Below are positions 42,775 to 54,273 of a DNA stretch of 64,000 bases, piece by piece. The notes under the pieces are model-generated. The model searched no databases and was not told the origin of the DNA. It worked only from the letters and a program-made list of their open reading frames with translations. This stretch comes from an uncultured Rivularia sp. (GTDB lineage: Bacteria; Cyanobacteriota; Cyanobacteriia; Cyanobacteriales; Nostocaceae). The DNA lies in the NCBI GenBank assembly GCA_963665115.1, contig OY762007.1:4064001-4128000 (forward strand). Direction: 5' to 3'. The position numbers were made by a program, and so were the translations under genes. Position 1 is the first letter of the stretch. Every line of letters begins with the position of its first letter.

Positions 42775-43062
42775 GGAGATGGGTTCACAAGTAATAATTA
42801 GTAAGTAAAAAGTAATAAGTAACACCTCTCCCACTCATGGTAGAGGATTCAAGTAATGAATGCAGGTTTTTATCGTCTTTAAAAGACGAGGCTTTATACC
42901 ATACTTCGGGCAATATTTATTACTTTTTACTTCTAACTTCTAACTTCTAACTTAAGCCCGAAGGGATGGGGTAAACAAAGCAGGGGAGGCAGGAGACGCA
43001 GAGGAGGAATTAATTTTTTTATTTTCTTCCTCCGCTCCCTCCGCCCTTCTAACTGCTGAGTG

Positions 43063-44526
43063 TTAACTGATTAAAGCTGGTGTACGTAAATGCCAATCTG
43101 TAGCTTGTTCGTATGCATAAGCTACTTGAAATAGCTGATCTTCTCGCAGTAGTTTACCGATTAATTGCAGTCCGATTGGGATTCCTTCGTCGTTGAAACC
43201 GCAGGGAATGCTTATACCTGGTAAACCGGCTAAGTTTACGGGAATCGTCATCAAGTCAGTTAAATACATATTGAGAGGATCTGAAGTTTTTTCCCCTGTT
43301 TTAAATGCTGCTATTGGTGCGGTGGGACAAACTAATACATCAACTTGTTTAAAGGCGTTGTCAAAGTCTTGCTTAATTAATGTACGAACTTTTTGAGCTT
43401 TTAAATAATAAGCGTCATAATAACCCGCACTCAAGGTATAAGTACCAATCATAATGCGGCGCTTTACTTCTGCACCAAAACCTGTGGAGCGGGTGCGAGT
43501 ATACATCGATAAAAGATCGTCGGCTTCTTCTGCTCGATAACCATATTTAACTCCATCGTAACGAGCCAGGTTTGCTGATGCTTCAGATGGAGCAATTATG
43601 TAATAACTAGGTAAACCGTAACGGAATCTGGGACAGGAAATAACGTGAATTTCTGCACCTAATTCTTGTAAGGTATCAATGGCTTTAGTAACTGCTTTTT
43701 CAACTTGCGAGTCTAAACCTTCACCAAATGTCTCCTTAATAATACCGATTCGTAGTTTGCCTCTAGGCTTTAAATTGTTTTTTAAACTTTGGGTATATTT
43801 AGGTATAGAAACTTTTAAACTGGTAGAATCTTTGGGGTCATATCCCGCAATTTCACTTAGAAGTATCGCTGCATCTTCTACAGTGCGAGAAAATGGACCA
43901 ATTTGGTCTAAGGAGGAAGCAAAGGCTACCAAACCATAACGAGAAACCAGTCCGTAAGTTGGTTTCATTCCTACTACACCGCAGAAAGATGCGGGTAGAC
44001 GAATTGAACCTCCGGTATCGGAACCAAGAGAAACAGTGCATTCTTGAGCCGCTACAGCCGCTGCTGAGCCACCGGAGGAACCGCCGGGAACCCTAGATAA
44101 GTCCCAGGGATTAGCTGTCGTTTTGTAGGCAGAAGTTTCGCAAGAACTACCCATAGCAAACTCATCTAAGTTGGTTTTACCCACCATGACAGCGCCAGCC
44201 GAAGCGAGTTTTTGCGTAACGGTTGATTCGTAGGGCGGTATAAAATTTTCAAGAAACTTTGAAGCACAGGTAGTAGGAATTCCTTTGGTACACATATTGT
44301 CTTTGATACCAATGGGAATTCCTGCGAGCAAACCAATTTGTTCCCCTGCGGCGATTTTGGCATCCACAAGTCGCGCTTGCTCCAAGGCTTTCTCTTGGGT
44401 TACGTGTAAGAAACTATTAACTTTCGGCTCCAATTTTTCAATCCGATTCAAAGCTTCCTGGGCGATTTCAACCGCAGAGCGTTCTTTATTAACTAACTGA
44501 TTGTGCAATTCGCGTATGGATGCCAT
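43063..44526 (-). CDS. gatA: Asp/Glu-tRNA amidotransferase subunit A
   Basis: [49 protein letters not shown]. Confidence 0.97.
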   Translation of the reverse strand: MASIRELHNQLVNKERSAVEIAQEALNRIEKLEPKVNSFLHVTQEKALEQARLVDAKIAAGEQIGLLAGIPIGIKDNMCTKGIPTTCASKFLENFIPPYESTVTQKLASAGAVMVGKTNLDEFAMGSSCETSAYKTTANPWDLSRVPGGSSGGSAAAVAAQECTVSLGSDTGGSIRLPASFCGVVGMKPTYGLVSRYGLVAFASSLDQIGPFSRTVEDAAILLSEIAGYDPKDSTSLKVSIPKYTQSLKNNLKPRGKLRIGIIKETFGEGLDSQVEKAVTKAIDTLQELGAEIHVISCPRFRYGLPSYYIIAPSEASANLARYDGVKYGYRAEEADDLLSMYTRTRSTGFGAEVKRRIMIGTYTLSAGYYDAYYLKAQKVRTLIKQDFDNAFKQVDVLVCPTAPIAAFKTGEKTSDPLNMYLTDLMTIPVNLAGLPGISIPCGFNDEGIPIGLQLIGKLLREDQLFQVAYAYEQATDWHLRTPALIS

Positions 44527-44589
44527 GCATCACTGCTCCCTATTTACTAACTCACTCAAATGTTTGATTTTAGTACATCTTGAATAAAT

Positions 44590-44748
44590 TTGGTAATTGG
44601 TAATTGGGAATTGGGGCATTGGGCATGGGGCATGGGGAGTGAGGAGTTAGGAGTCAGTTGTTTTTCACCTTGTCTCTCTTCCCAATTACCTATTACCTAT
44701 TACCAATGCCCCATCCCCAATCCCTATGCCCAATTACCAATTACCAAA
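44590..44748. repeat. STRR repeats in inverted arrangement
   Basis: TTGGTAA/GGGCAT units on the left, TTACCAA/ATGCCC units on the right. Confidence 0.7.
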
Positions 44749-44837
44749 TTCTTTATCAATTTATGTAAAAAGTATTTGCAGTAAATCAAAATATATGGAT
44801 TAAACTAACGAATGCTGACAAGAGTGGGGTGGAAATT

Positions 44838-46208
44838 ATGGTTAAAGTCGTATCTCGAAAAGCTCTCAAAACTCAAAATGTATATGATATTGGGCTGGAA
44901 AGCGACCATAATTTTTTAATTAAAGATGGTTTGATTGCTTCTAACTGCTTTAATAAATCTCACTCTACAGCCTACGGGTATGTAACATATCAAACTGCTT
45001 ATTTAAAAGCCAATTATCCCTTGGAGTATATGGCGGCGCTGCTGACAGCTAATAGCGGCGATAAAGATAAGGTGCAAAAATATATTGCAACCTGTATGAA
45101 TATGGGTATTCAAATAGAATCACCCGATATCAATTCTTCCGAAGTTGATTTCACTCCTGCAAACGAGAAAATTTTATTTGGTTTGTCAGCAATACGCAAT
45201 GTGGGAGAAAACGCGAGAAACTGTATTTTAGAAGCAAGAGTTGAAGAAAATTTTAAATCGCTGGCTGACTTTTGCGATCGCGTTGATTTGGGTACGGTAA
45301 ATCGTCGAGCTTTGCAGTCGTTGATATATTGTGGAGCTTTCGACAAAATTAACGATAATCGCAATCAGTTAACTCAAGATTTAGAGTTTGTATACGATTG
45401 GGCACAATCCCGTGCTAGGGATAGAGCCAGCGGGCAAGGAAATCTATTTGACTTATTGGGTGGTGCTTGGAGCGGTGATGCAAATGCAAATAATATGTCT
45501 GGAGCAGTATTAAGCCCTCCGAAAGCCAAAGAAGTTGAAGATTTTCCTCCTCATGAAAAGCTGCGAATGGAGAAAGAACTTTTAGGTTTTTATGTATCGG
45601 ATCATCCGCTCAAATCGATAGGTAAATCTATGCGAATTCTTTCGCCAGTCAACATGACGCAGTTGAAGTTTCAGCGAGAAGAAGCAAAGGTTTGCGTGGT
45701 TGTCATGCTTAATAATGTGAAAAAGGTGATAACCAAAAAAGGCGATCCGATGGCAATATTACAGATAGAAGATTTAACTACAACCGGGGAAGCTGTAGTT
45801 TTTCCTAAAACTTACGACAGAATTAACGAAATTTTGCAAGTAGATGCCAAATTAATTATTTGGGGAAAAGTGGATAAGAAAGACGATCAAGCTCAATTAT
45901 TAGTTGACGATGCGGAGCCAGTAGAAAACATCGAATTAATCGTCATCGAAATGACTCCTCAACAAGCAACAACTATCGAAGAACATCATCGTCTAAGAAC
46001 AATTTTAAAAGATTTAAAAGAGCAATCGGGTGAAAAAGAGAAAGGGAAAATACCCGTTATTGGAATTATTAAGACTGAAAACTCGCGTCAATTAGTTCGT
46101 TTTGGCAGACAATACTGGGTGCAAGATTCCAGAAGCGCGATTATGGCTTTGCATAATGGTAGATTCAATGCTCGCATTCAACCGCTTACAGTTACCAGTG
46201 AGCAGTGA
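44838..46208 (+). CDS. dnaE-c: DNA polymerase III alpha C-terminal half with split-intein C fragment
   Basis: 36-aa IntC MVKVVSRK...HNF...IASN followed by extein CFNKSHSTAY; OB fold; EKELLGFYVSDHPL. Confidence 0.96.
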   Translation: MVKVVSRKALKTQNVYDIGLESDHNFLIKDGLIASNCFNKSHSTAYGYVTYQTAYLKANYPLEYMAALLTANSGDKDKVQKYIATCMNMGIQIESPDINSSEVDFTPANEKILFGLSAIRNVGENARNCILEARVEENFKSLADFCDRVDLGTVNRRALQSLIYCGAFDKINDNRNQLTQDLEFVYDWAQSRARDRASGQGNLFDLLGGAWSGDANANNMSGAVLSPPKAKEVEDFPPHEKLRMEKELLGFYVSDHPLKSIGKSMRILSPVNMTQLKFQREEAKVCVVVMLNNVKKVITKKGDPMAILQIEDLTTTGEAVVFPKTYDRINEILQVDAKLIIWGKVDKKDDQAQLLVDDAEPVENIELIVIEMTPQQATTIEEHHRLRTILKDLKEQSGEKEKGKIPVIGIIKTENSRQLVRFGRQYWVQDSRSAIMALHNGRFNARIQPLTVTSEQ

Positions 46209-46302
46209 GTAGGGAGTAGGGAGTAGGGAGTAGGGAGTAGGGAGTAGGGAGTAGGGAGTAAGGAGTAGGGAGTAGAGAGTAGAGAGTAGAAAGTAGGAAG
46301 TA
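46207..46302 (+). repeat. STRR (GGGAGTA)n
   Basis: Visible tandem heptamers. Confidence 0.85.
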
Positions 46303-46756
46303 AGCTGCTACGCATTTAATTTGTATAGTACTAGCGAGCAAGATGCTTGTCCCTGGCGGACACGCTGCGTTAGCGGAGCGAGACGATAGTCTTAGGCAGC
46401 ACTACAACCTTTTCAAATTTTCGCATTATTCAATTTAGCTGCACATCAGCTTAGAAAGTAAATCACTTTTTCTTATTTTCATAAATGTCGCTACTAATTA
46501 CGTCTATTTTTACTCGCTACTTGTTATTCATTACTCACTACTCACTACTCACTACTCACTACTTTAATAATGTCCCCTGCCTCCCCTGCTCTCTTTACCC
46601 ACTCTTCCCTATCTAAGTATTAATGTATTAAGACAGACTTCGTAGTTTAACTGTTTTACTTCGCACTCTTCAAATCGTCAACAGTATATTAGCCTATCGC
46701 TGCAAAGGATTCATGGCTTTTTGGTTGCTTTTGCTGATGATATCTTGCTTTAAAAG

Positions 46757-47362
46757 GTGGTATCTTTTGATGCCATGTTCTTTATAGCGGCAAGCAGGGT
46801 GAGGAGTAAAAATTTAATGACGCTTGAGGGTTTAGATCAGTTTGTTTCATACTGCAAAAGGATTCAACCCCAAAGTCCAGAAGACATAAAAAGGTTTTTC
46901 GAGGGTGTGATAGGATTTCCTTATGATAAGGAACTTCTGTTACAAGCTTATTTGTATTTAAATATTAAAAGATTATTTCCAAGTTGTTCCGAGTTATTGT
47001 TGTTTGAAAAGTCTCCAATTGCTGATTATACGGATTTAGGTAAGTGCGATTTTGTCTATTTAACTTCGGATAGAAAGCTGTTTTTAATTGAGACTAAATT
47101 TATTGATACAACAGCATCGGGAGCAACGGAAAGAAAAAGAAGAAATAAGCATCGAAATAAAGTTTTTGAGCAGGTGATAACTTTAAAAAATCGGTTTGGT
47201 CAATATTGGAATATTCAAGTGGAAGAATTGGAGTGCGGTGTTTTTACAACCGATCCCGAAATTGACTGGCGTGGAAATAACATAAATGTGACTACCAAAT
47301 CAGTTTCGATAAGGGATTTAGAAGAATGGAGAATGACAAAACAAACCTTTAACCACACCTAA
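46757..47362 (+). CDS. Hypothetical protein, possible PD-(D/E)XK nuclease fold
   Basis: E...CDFVYL....FLIETK...Q pattern; start may be MTLEG at 46817. Confidence 0.6.
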   Translation: MVSFDAMFFIAASRVRSKNLMTLEGLDQFVSYCKRIQPQSPEDIKRFFEGVIGFPYDKELLLQAYLYLNIKRLFPSCSELLLFEKSPIADYTDLGKCDFVYLTSDRKLFLIETKFIDTTASGATERKRRNKHRNKVFEQVITLKNRFGQYWNIQVEELECGVFTTDPEIDWRGNNINVTTKSVSIRDLEEWRMTKQTFNHT

Positions 47363-47666
47363 GAATTATTACAAATTAATAATTTACCGTGTTTGGTACA
47401 AGAGTTCTATTTGCTATACTTATTTTCTGGTTTGGATAAAATCAATTGGTTTGCGCTAAACAAAATCTGAGAGAATTACGCAGTTTATACAAAAAATTAT
47501 TATAAAAATAGAAGTAAAATTTACGCAAATTGGTTATTGAAGCTATCCTGTTTTAGTATAGTGTGGCAATTATTAGATAATTGCTTTGGGGTGAATTATC
47601 CGCTCATTTGCGGAGAGTCAAACCCTTTTTAACGCCTTATTCACACATTCGGAGGTTAAAAGTAAC

Positions 47667-48072
47667 GTGTTAAAGACACTTGTGGTAATTGCCATTGGTT
47701 TTTTACCGTCTCTGTTTTCCCTGTGGTTAATGCGTAGAAACCAGGCTAAAACCCGTGCGCTTCTACGACGAGCTGCGGTTACAAGTTATCCCAGACAGTC
47801 GAGAAGCCAAAATTATAACCATAGAATAAATTATCCGGCTCAACTTGGTTCCGGCGAAGGCGAAAACCGCACCCAAGGCGAAAACCGCGCCGAAGGCGAA
47901 CGCTACTATTTGGAAGGAGTGGGTTATCTTGTCGGTGACATTACCTGTGAATACAACGCTCGTTCGGGTTATATAAGATGTGCTGTTAATCCGAGTGGCC
48001 CCCTGCGATGGTTGCCGTTTTTATGAAGAAAGAAAGGAAACGGCTCGAACAAAATACCATGCTTGAAAGTAA
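47667..48072 (+). CDS. DUF6464-like protein (apparent frameshift at ~48000)
   Basis: VGDITCEYNARS.YIRCAVNPSGP continues as CDGCRFYE if one C is removed; end approximate. Confidence 0.7.
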
Positions 48073-48207
48073 CTTAAATAAAGCTTAGACGCTCCGGGAT
48101 GCCATATTCCCCGTTCCCTCTTCCCTGTTCCCTCTTCCCTATGTACAATTGTTTGGGATCTAAATTCCCATCTAATTGTTTTAATTGCCTTCTTGAGAAT
48201 TGCATTA

Positions 48208-49545
48208 ATGTCTGCAACTTGGACGCAGGAACAAATTTTGGCACTAGCCCCAGATGCAAGTTCAGCCAAAAATGGTAAAGCTTTAGCTACTTCCCGTAAG
48301 TGGTCATCATTAGGTTACAACGAAAAAGCTACTTGGGGTGAATGTCAAGGAAGTGGTAAAAAACCTTATTTAACAGAAATAGATTTGACTGAACCTGCTT
48401 TTAAATGCAGTTGTCCCAGTCGAAAATTCCCGTGTAAGCACGGTATTGGACTGTTTCTTTTATTTATCAACGAAAAACAATTATTTGCTCAAAATTCTCC
48501 CCCGGAATGGGTAAATCAGTGGCTTGAAGCTCGCAGCCAAAGACAAGTTAAGAAGGAAGAAAAAGTAAAAACAGAAGAAAAAGCCAAGAAAGAAATAGAT
48601 CCCGAAGCCCAAGCAAAACGTGCAGCCAAGCGTTTAGATAAAGTTACTGCCGGAATGCAGGATTTAGAAGTATGGCTGCGGGATTTGGTAAGTAATGGTT
48701 TGGCAGCAGCGCAGGAAAAACCCTACAGTTTTTGGGATGATGCTTTCTCGCGGTTAGTAGACGCACAAGCGCCAGGTGTGGCTCGTTTGGTAAAGGAAAT
48801 GGCAAGTATTTCTCATTCGGGTACGGGATGGCAAGAAAGATTATTATCGCAATTAGGGCGGGTATATCTTTTAACTGAAGCTTTCAAGCGCTTAGATACT
48901 TTACCTAAACAAGTGCAAACAGATATTCGTACTCAAATCGGTTTTTCTCAAAATCAACAAGAATTATCAACGCAACAAGGAATAGATGATTCTTGGTTAA
49001 TTTTAGGGCAAAGTTTGGCAGAAGAAGACCGTTTGAAAATACAGCGTACTTGGCTTTGGGGTAAACAAACGCAACAAAAAGCATTAATTCTTAACTTCGC
49101 TCACGGTAGTCAGCCGTTAGATACCAGTCTTGTACCCGGAAGCTGTATAAATGCAGAATTAGTGTTTTTCGAGAGCGCTTATCCTTTACGAGCAATAGTT
49201 AAAAATCGTCAAGATGCAGTCACTCAAATAGATACAATGCCGGGATATAGTAATATCTCAAGTATGGTTATTGAATATTCTCAAGCCTTAGCTAAAAATC
49301 CTTGGATAGAACAATTTCCTGCCCCAATCCGTGGAGTAATTCCAATTAAACAAAACGATAGCTGGTTTGTACGTGATGAAGATAAACGTTTACTGACTTT
49401 GAAATCAAGATTTAAAAATAATTGGCAGTTATTAGCACTCAGCGGTGGATATCCTATAGATATTTTTGGTGAGTGGGATGGAGAATACTTTTTACCCTTG
49501 AGTGTATGGGTGGAAAATCGGTTTATAAATTTTAGCAGCGGATGA
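48208..49545 (+). CDS. SWIM zinc finger protein (YehQ-like)
   Basis: WGECQGSGKKPY, CSCPSRKFPCKH, RLVDAQAPG. Confidence 0.9.
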   Translation: MSATWTQEQILALAPDASSAKNGKALATSRKWSSLGYNEKATWGECQGSGKKPYLTEIDLTEPAFKCSCPSRKFPCKHGIGLFLLFINEKQLFAQNSPPEWVNQWLEARSQRQVKKEEKVKTEEKAKKEIDPEAQAKRAAKRLDKVTAGMQDLEVWLRDLVSNGLAAAQEKPYSFWDDAFSRLVDAQAPGVARLVKEMASISHSGTGWQERLLSQLGRVYLLTEAFKRLDTLPKQVQTDIRTQIGFSQNQQELSTQQGIDDSWLILGQSLAEEDRLKIQRTWLWGKQTQQKALILNFAHGSQPLDTSLVPGSCINAELVFFESAYPLRAIVKNRQDAVTQIDTMPGYSNISSMVIEYSQALAKNPWIEQFPAPIRGVIPIKQNDSWFVRDEDKRLLTLKSRFKNNWQLLALSGGYPIDIFGEWDGEYFLPLSVWVENRFINFSSG

Positions 49546-49719
49546 TTTTGACAGCGGATGATTTTGGCAGCGGATGATTTTGGCAGCGGATGATTTTGGC
49601 AGCGGATGATTTTGGCAGCGGATGATTTTGGCAGCGGATGATTTTGGCAACGGATGATTTTGGCAGCGGATGATTTTGACAGCGGATGATTTTGGCAACG
49701 GATGATTTTGGCAGCGGAT
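49535..49719 (+). repeat. 16-bp tandem repeat (RCARCGGATGATTTTG) x ~11.5
   Basis: Counted directly; no spacers. Confidence 0.95.
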
Positions 49720-49828
49720 TAGAAAATATAATTTACCTCATCTACCCACTCTTCCCCCTCTTCCCCCTCTTCCCCCTCTACCCCCTCTTCCCCCTCTCTT
49801 GACAATTCCCAATTCCCTATTTTAATAA

Positions 49829-51361
49829 ATGAACATTTGGCAAGATTTAGTAAAAACTGCGGTTGTCGGTACTCAAAGACAACAATTGAAAAACTTTTCA
49901 CAAGAGAATCAATTGGGTGAAGTTTTAAGTCGTCTTGATAGTAATGATAAAGAAGGAAGTTTGCTGAGTGCTGCTGGGGCAATTTATCTTTATCAAAAAG
50001 CTGGTAAATTAGCTGCAATTGATAATAAAAAAACATTGGAAACCTGCGATTTAGATGATTTACCATATTGCAGTCAACTATCGGAACAACATTTGGGAAT
50101 GATATTGAGCGGAGGAGACAGCAGAGCTTTACCTGAGTGGTTGAAATTATTAGCTGAAGCAAAAAAAGTTATTTCGCCAAAGTATTTACCTGAATTGTTG
50201 GCGTTAGGAAAAAGGAACAATCATTTACGAAAAGATATCTTACCTGTTTTAGGTAAGCGAGGATTTTGGTTAGCAGCCCAAAACCCAGAGTGGAATTATG
50301 CTGTTGGTGAAGATGCCGATCAAATTTGGAAAAATGGTAGTTTAGAAGCTCGAATAAAGTTGTTAAAAGAATTGCGTCAATCTGAACCAGAAAAAGGGCT
50401 ATCGCAATTACAAAATATTTGGAGTAAGGAAAGAGCGCAGGAAAGAGCAAGTTTATTAGAAGTCTTGGAAGTTGCTTTGAGCGTTGATGATGAGCCGTTT
50501 TTAGAAGATGCGCTTGAAGATAGAAGCAAGCTAGTGCGAGATGTAGCTGCTAGATTGCTCGCACAAATTCCAGAATCTAAGCTTGTGCAAAGAATGATAG
50601 AAAGAGTTCGCCCTTTATTAAGTTTGAATAATAAAGGTATAGAGGTTGTATTACCTCAAAAATGTACCTTAGAAATGACTCAAGACGGTATTGATGAATC
50701 AAAATATATACCTTCTTTAGGAGAGAAAGCGAGTTTACTATTACAAATGCTCAGTTGCGTACCGCCGAGTATATGGAGTGATGATTGGAAAAAAACTCCT
50801 GATGAATTATTAAAAATAATCGAAAATAGTAAATGGAAAAAATTACTTTTAGAAGCTTGGGCAACGGCTACAGTTAAAAGTAAAGATATAGTTTGGGCTG
50901 AAGCTTTACTTAAATCATCTGTAAGTTTATATAAAAATTTAAATCATATTGATAATTCGATTGTAAATTTTATCAGGATTTTACCTTGTTCTCAGGTTGA
51001 AACTTTAACTTTAGAGGCTCTGCAACAATCTTCAAATACGCCACCTTTTAACTCTACCAGCCCAGCTTTTCCATTATTAATTCATACTCCACATATCTGG
51101 AATGAAGAAATTAGTCGGGCAGTAATATCAAGTATAAAAGGCTGTATCGAAAACAATAATCAAGTTAATGATTGGCAAGTTGGCTCGGCTTTAGGACGTT
51201 TTTCTCTAAAAATTGCACCTTCCATATATCATGAAGCAGCCGAGATTTTAAAATTTGAAGAATCTGAAAATACCCATAAACCTATAATTGATGCTATTGA
51301 TAAATTTTTAACTAAATTACAATTTCGGTATGAAATGAAAGAAGCATTATTCATCATGTAG
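49829..51361 (+). CDS. DUF5691-like HEAT-repeat protein
   Basis: LG.RG.WLAAQNPEW, DEPFLE.AL.DRSK.VR; sits between the SWIM and MoxR genes. Confidence 0.75.
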   Translation: MNIWQDLVKTAVVGTQRQQLKNFSQENQLGEVLSRLDSNDKEGSLLSAAGAIYLYQKAGKLAAIDNKKTLETCDLDDLPYCSQLSEQHLGMILSGGDSRALPEWLKLLAEAKKVISPKYLPELLALGKRNNHLRKDILPVLGKRGFWLAAQNPEWNYAVGEDADQIWKNGSLEARIKLLKELRQSEPEKGLSQLQNIWSKERAQERASLLEVLEVALSVDDEPFLEDALEDRSKLVRDVAARLLAQIPESKLVQRMIERVRPLLSLNNKGIEVVLPQKCTLEMTQDGIDESKYIPSLGEKASLLLQMLSCVPPSIWSDDWKKTPDELLKIIENSKWKKLLLEAWATATVKSKDIVWAEALLKSSVSLYKNLNHIDNSIVNFIRILPCSQVETLTLEALQQSSNTPPFNSTSPAFPLLIHTPHIWNEEISRAVISSIKGCIENNNQVNDWQVGSALGRFSLKIAPSIYHEAAEILKFEESENTHKPIIDAIDKFLTKLQFRYEMKEALFIM

Positions 51362-51455
51362 AGACGTAAAATTTTACGTCTCCAAAATTTAGGTTATAAG
51401 ACAGATTAATTAAATATTTAAATCATAGGGAGGAAATATGGTTGGAAAAAATAAA

Positions 51456-52583
51456 ACCGCAGAGGCGCAGAGTACGCAGATGAAGAAAAAAGAGGTAAAT
51501 AAAAACACAAACTTACTCAGGGAACACGCGGAATATCAGTTTGCTGAAGAATTGGAAGAATTAGCAAAGGTGGATAAGCGTCAACGCCCGCCAAATTGGA
51601 ATTTGTCGCCTTGGGCTGTAATGACTTATTTAATGGGTGGCAAGTTGGATAGCGGGTTTGAGGTGTCGCCTAAGTATATCGGTGAGAGGAGAGTTATTGA
51701 GATTGCGATCGCCACTTTGACAACTGACAGGGGTTTATTGTTGATAGGGGTTCCAGGTACTGCAAAATCATGGGTTTCCGAACATTTAGCCGCAGCGATT
51801 TCAGGAGATTCCAAGTTATTAATACAAGGTACTGCGGGAACCAGTGAAGAAGCGATTCGTTACGGTTGGAATTATGCCAAATTGCTAGCTGATGGCCCTT
51901 CTATGGGAGCATTAGTAGCAAGTCCGTTGATGCGAGCGATGGAAGATGGAAAAGTGGCAAGGGTAGAAGAATTAACCCGAATTCCGGCAGACGTTCAAGA
52001 TACATTAATTACCATCCTATCCGAGAAAACACTGCCGATTCCCGAATTAGGAGAAGAAGTGCAGGCAAATAAAGGTTTTAGCGTCATCGCAACGGCTAAC
52101 GATAGAGATAAAGGAGTTAACGATTTATCCAGCGCCTTGAAAAGACGTTTTAACACAGTAGTTTTACCATTACCAAAGACAGTAGAAGAAGAAATAGATA
52201 TTGTGCAAAGGCGCGTAGAAAGTTTAGGAAAAGCATTAGAATTACCAGCAGAGCCGCCAGCTTTAGAAGAGATAAGACGTATTGTTACGGTATTTCGGGA
52301 ATTAAGAAGTGGAGTAACAGAAGATGGAAAAACAAAGATTAAATCTCCGACAAGTACCTTGAGTACAGCAGAAGCAATTTCCGTGGTAAATAGTGGAATG
52401 GCATTAGCAGCGCATTTCGGCGACGGTAGTTTGAGCGCATCAGATGTCGCTTCCGGAATAATTGGAGCGGTGATTAAAGATCCAGTGCAGGATAAAGTTG
52501 TGTGGAGAGAGTATTTAGAAACTGTGGTTAAAGAAAGAGATGATTGGAAAGATTTGTATCGGGCTTGTAGGGAAGTTAGTTAA
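51456..52583 (+). CDS. MoxR-type AAA ATPase (YehL-like)
   Basis: GVPGTAKSW, RYGWNYA, EELTR, ATANDRDKGVNDLSSALKRRF. Confidence 0.9.
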   Translation, partial: TAEAQSTQMKKKEVNKNTNLLREHAEYQFAEELEELAKVDKRQRPPNWNLSPWAVMTYLMGGKLDSGFEVSPKYIGERRVIEIAIATLTTDRGLLLIGVPGTAKSWVSEHLAAAISGDSKLLIQGTAGTSEEAIRYGWNYAKLLADGPSMGALVASPLMRAMEDGKVARVEELTRIPADVQDTLITILSEKTLPIPELGEEVQANKGFSVIATANDRDKGVNDLSSALKRRFNTVVLPLPKTVEEEIDIVQRRVESLGKALELPAEPPALEEIRRIVTVFRELRSGVTEDGKTKIKSPTSTLSTAEAISVVNSGMALAAHFGDGSLSASDVASGIIGAVIKDPVQDKVVWREYLETVVKERDDWKDLYRACREVS

Positions 52584-52597
52584 TAGTTAGGAGTTAG

Positions 52598-52824
52598 TTG
52601 TAGGGTGTGTTACGGCTTGATAAATTTTGATTATTGGTTATTAATTAAATTATGCCGTAACGCACCATCTGAGATTAAGGTTTTTTGTATAAATGAAAAA
52701 GGACGGGCAGGGATGCCCATCCCACAAGAGAATAGTAGGTTAGGAATAAAATTTGTAGGGTGTGTTACGGCTTAGGAAAGTTCGATTATTGGTTATTAAT
52801 TGAATCATGCCGTAACGCACCATC
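52598..52824 (+). repeat. Two copies of a REP-like palindromic repeat
   Basis: TGTAGGGTGTGTTACGGC...GCCGTAACGCACCA twice; related copies at ~4760-4828 and ~55768-55796. Confidence 0.75.
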
Positions 52825-52953
52825 AGAGATTAATATTTTTTGCGATAATTGCCTGGTAAAGTGCAACATCTCACCTTGAAATAAATTTCAAGGCTAATAT
52901 ACAAAGTACGTTAAAACGCACTAAAATATGTTTCCAGTCTGATTTGTCAGACT

Positions 52954-53973
52954 TTGAATATGAGCCTGGGAATTTATTCCAAGGTGGGTGTGAATAATAT
53001 TAAGAATGCTGCAAGATATGATGTTAGAAGAAATATGAATTCCGAAACAGAAAAACTTCTTGGTATTCTAGAATTTTACAATCACGGCAGAATGTTTGTC
53101 TGGGATAAGAGCATTAAAGGTAATTTCAATATTTGGAAGCTTTTGATTTCTGAAGGATTTGCAAAACTATCCGAACCAGATAAAGCTATAAAGCATTGGC
53201 TACAAACTGAATTTTGGGGTACTATAACTAATCAAAAATATAACGACATTCAATATGCGCCGTTGCGTCGAGAGCGTGAAAATGATGATTGGAATAATTA
53301 TATAAGACAAGATAAAATAAATTATTATCAAGCTTTATCTTATTTCCTCAAAAAAAGCTTACAAAACCTACAAGCATATGTAATTATTGGTTTTTCTAAT
53401 TGGGATGCCTGCGGAATAAGAGAAAGATTCGAGCATTATATTATTTTAGGTCAAACAGAAAGTAAAGACTGGATTTGTCTAGCTCCCAAAATGGTTGATC
53501 AAGTTTGGGATTTTTGTCGTAGCGATAAAGATCCACATATCTCTTCAGTAACAGCTTATCGTTCAAAAAATGCCGATACACGAGATATTGTAGAGAAAAT
53601 TAACAAAATTATTCGCAAAATAAAGCCTAGAGAAATTTACGGGCATTATTTTGGCGATTATTACTACAGTTATTATCATCAGCTTTTTTGTACATCATCC
53701 TCAACAAAGTATAAATCAATTGAGCTTGCACTTAGAGCAAGTAGTATGCTTGATATGAATGGTCAATTTACTCTTTATGAATGCTTTTCCGACGATAGCA
53801 ATTCGTATAAAGATGGACAAAGAATCGGTAGATTTATGAATAGGTATCTTACAAATCGTAAGTGTTTTACAGTAAGTTTCTGGGATGTTGGTTGCGGCTA
53901 TGATATTGGCTGTACTTCTACAGGTGATTGGATTGGTTTTAAGTACGAAAATATTTTTTTTTACAATCCTTAA
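52954..53973 (+). CDS. Hypothetical protein (possible tandem NuiA-like domains)
   Basis: ILGQTESKDWICL and IGCTSTGDWIGF motifs; start probably MNSET at 53035. Confidence 0.55.
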   Translation: MNMSLGIYSKVGVNNIKNAARYDVRRNMNSETEKLLGILEFYNHGRMFVWDKSIKGNFNIWKLLISEGFAKLSEPDKAIKHWLQTEFWGTITNQKYNDIQYAPLRRERENDDWNNYIRQDKINYYQALSYFLKKSLQNLQAYVIIGFSNWDACGIRERFEHYIILGQTESKDWICLAPKMVDQVWDFCRSDKDPHISSVTAYRSKNADTRDIVEKINKIIRKIKPREIYGHYFGDYYYSYYHQLFCTSSSTKYKSIELALRASSMLDMNGQFTLYECFSDDSNSYKDGQRIGRFMNRYLTNRKCFTVSFWDVGCGYDIGCTSTGDWIGFKYENIFFYNP

Positions 53974-53993
53974 AAATAATCAAAGTTTATTAA

Positions 53994-54203
53994 ATGAGCA
54001 AACAGAATTTTCAAACAATGAGCCAGAAAGAGTTACATAATTATGTGCTTGCTAATCGCGAGGATAAAGAAGCTTTTCACGCTTATGTGGATAAGCTAAA
54101 TGCAGAAGGTAATTGGGTTGAAATGCCCCCGTTACAATCTATGGAAGATTTAGAAAATAATCCTGAGTTAATCAAGCATTTTCGTAACAAATCTGAGCAA
54201 TAA
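53994..54203 (+). CDS. DUF6887-like small protein
   Basis: NFQTMSQKELHNYVLANREDKEAF. Confidence 0.65.
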   Translation: MSKQNFQTMSQKELHNYVLANREDKEAFHAYVDKLNAEGNWVEMPPLQSMEDLENNPELIKHFRNKSEQ

Positions 54204-54273
54204 AAAAAAACCAACACCTCTAAAAGAAATGCTGGGTTATTTTCATAAACCTAATTAATAAAAAAATTCCAAA

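Noticed and set aside
49535..49719. Possible CRISPR array
   Set aside because: Units are contiguous 16-mers with no unique spacers, and no cas genes are in the window.
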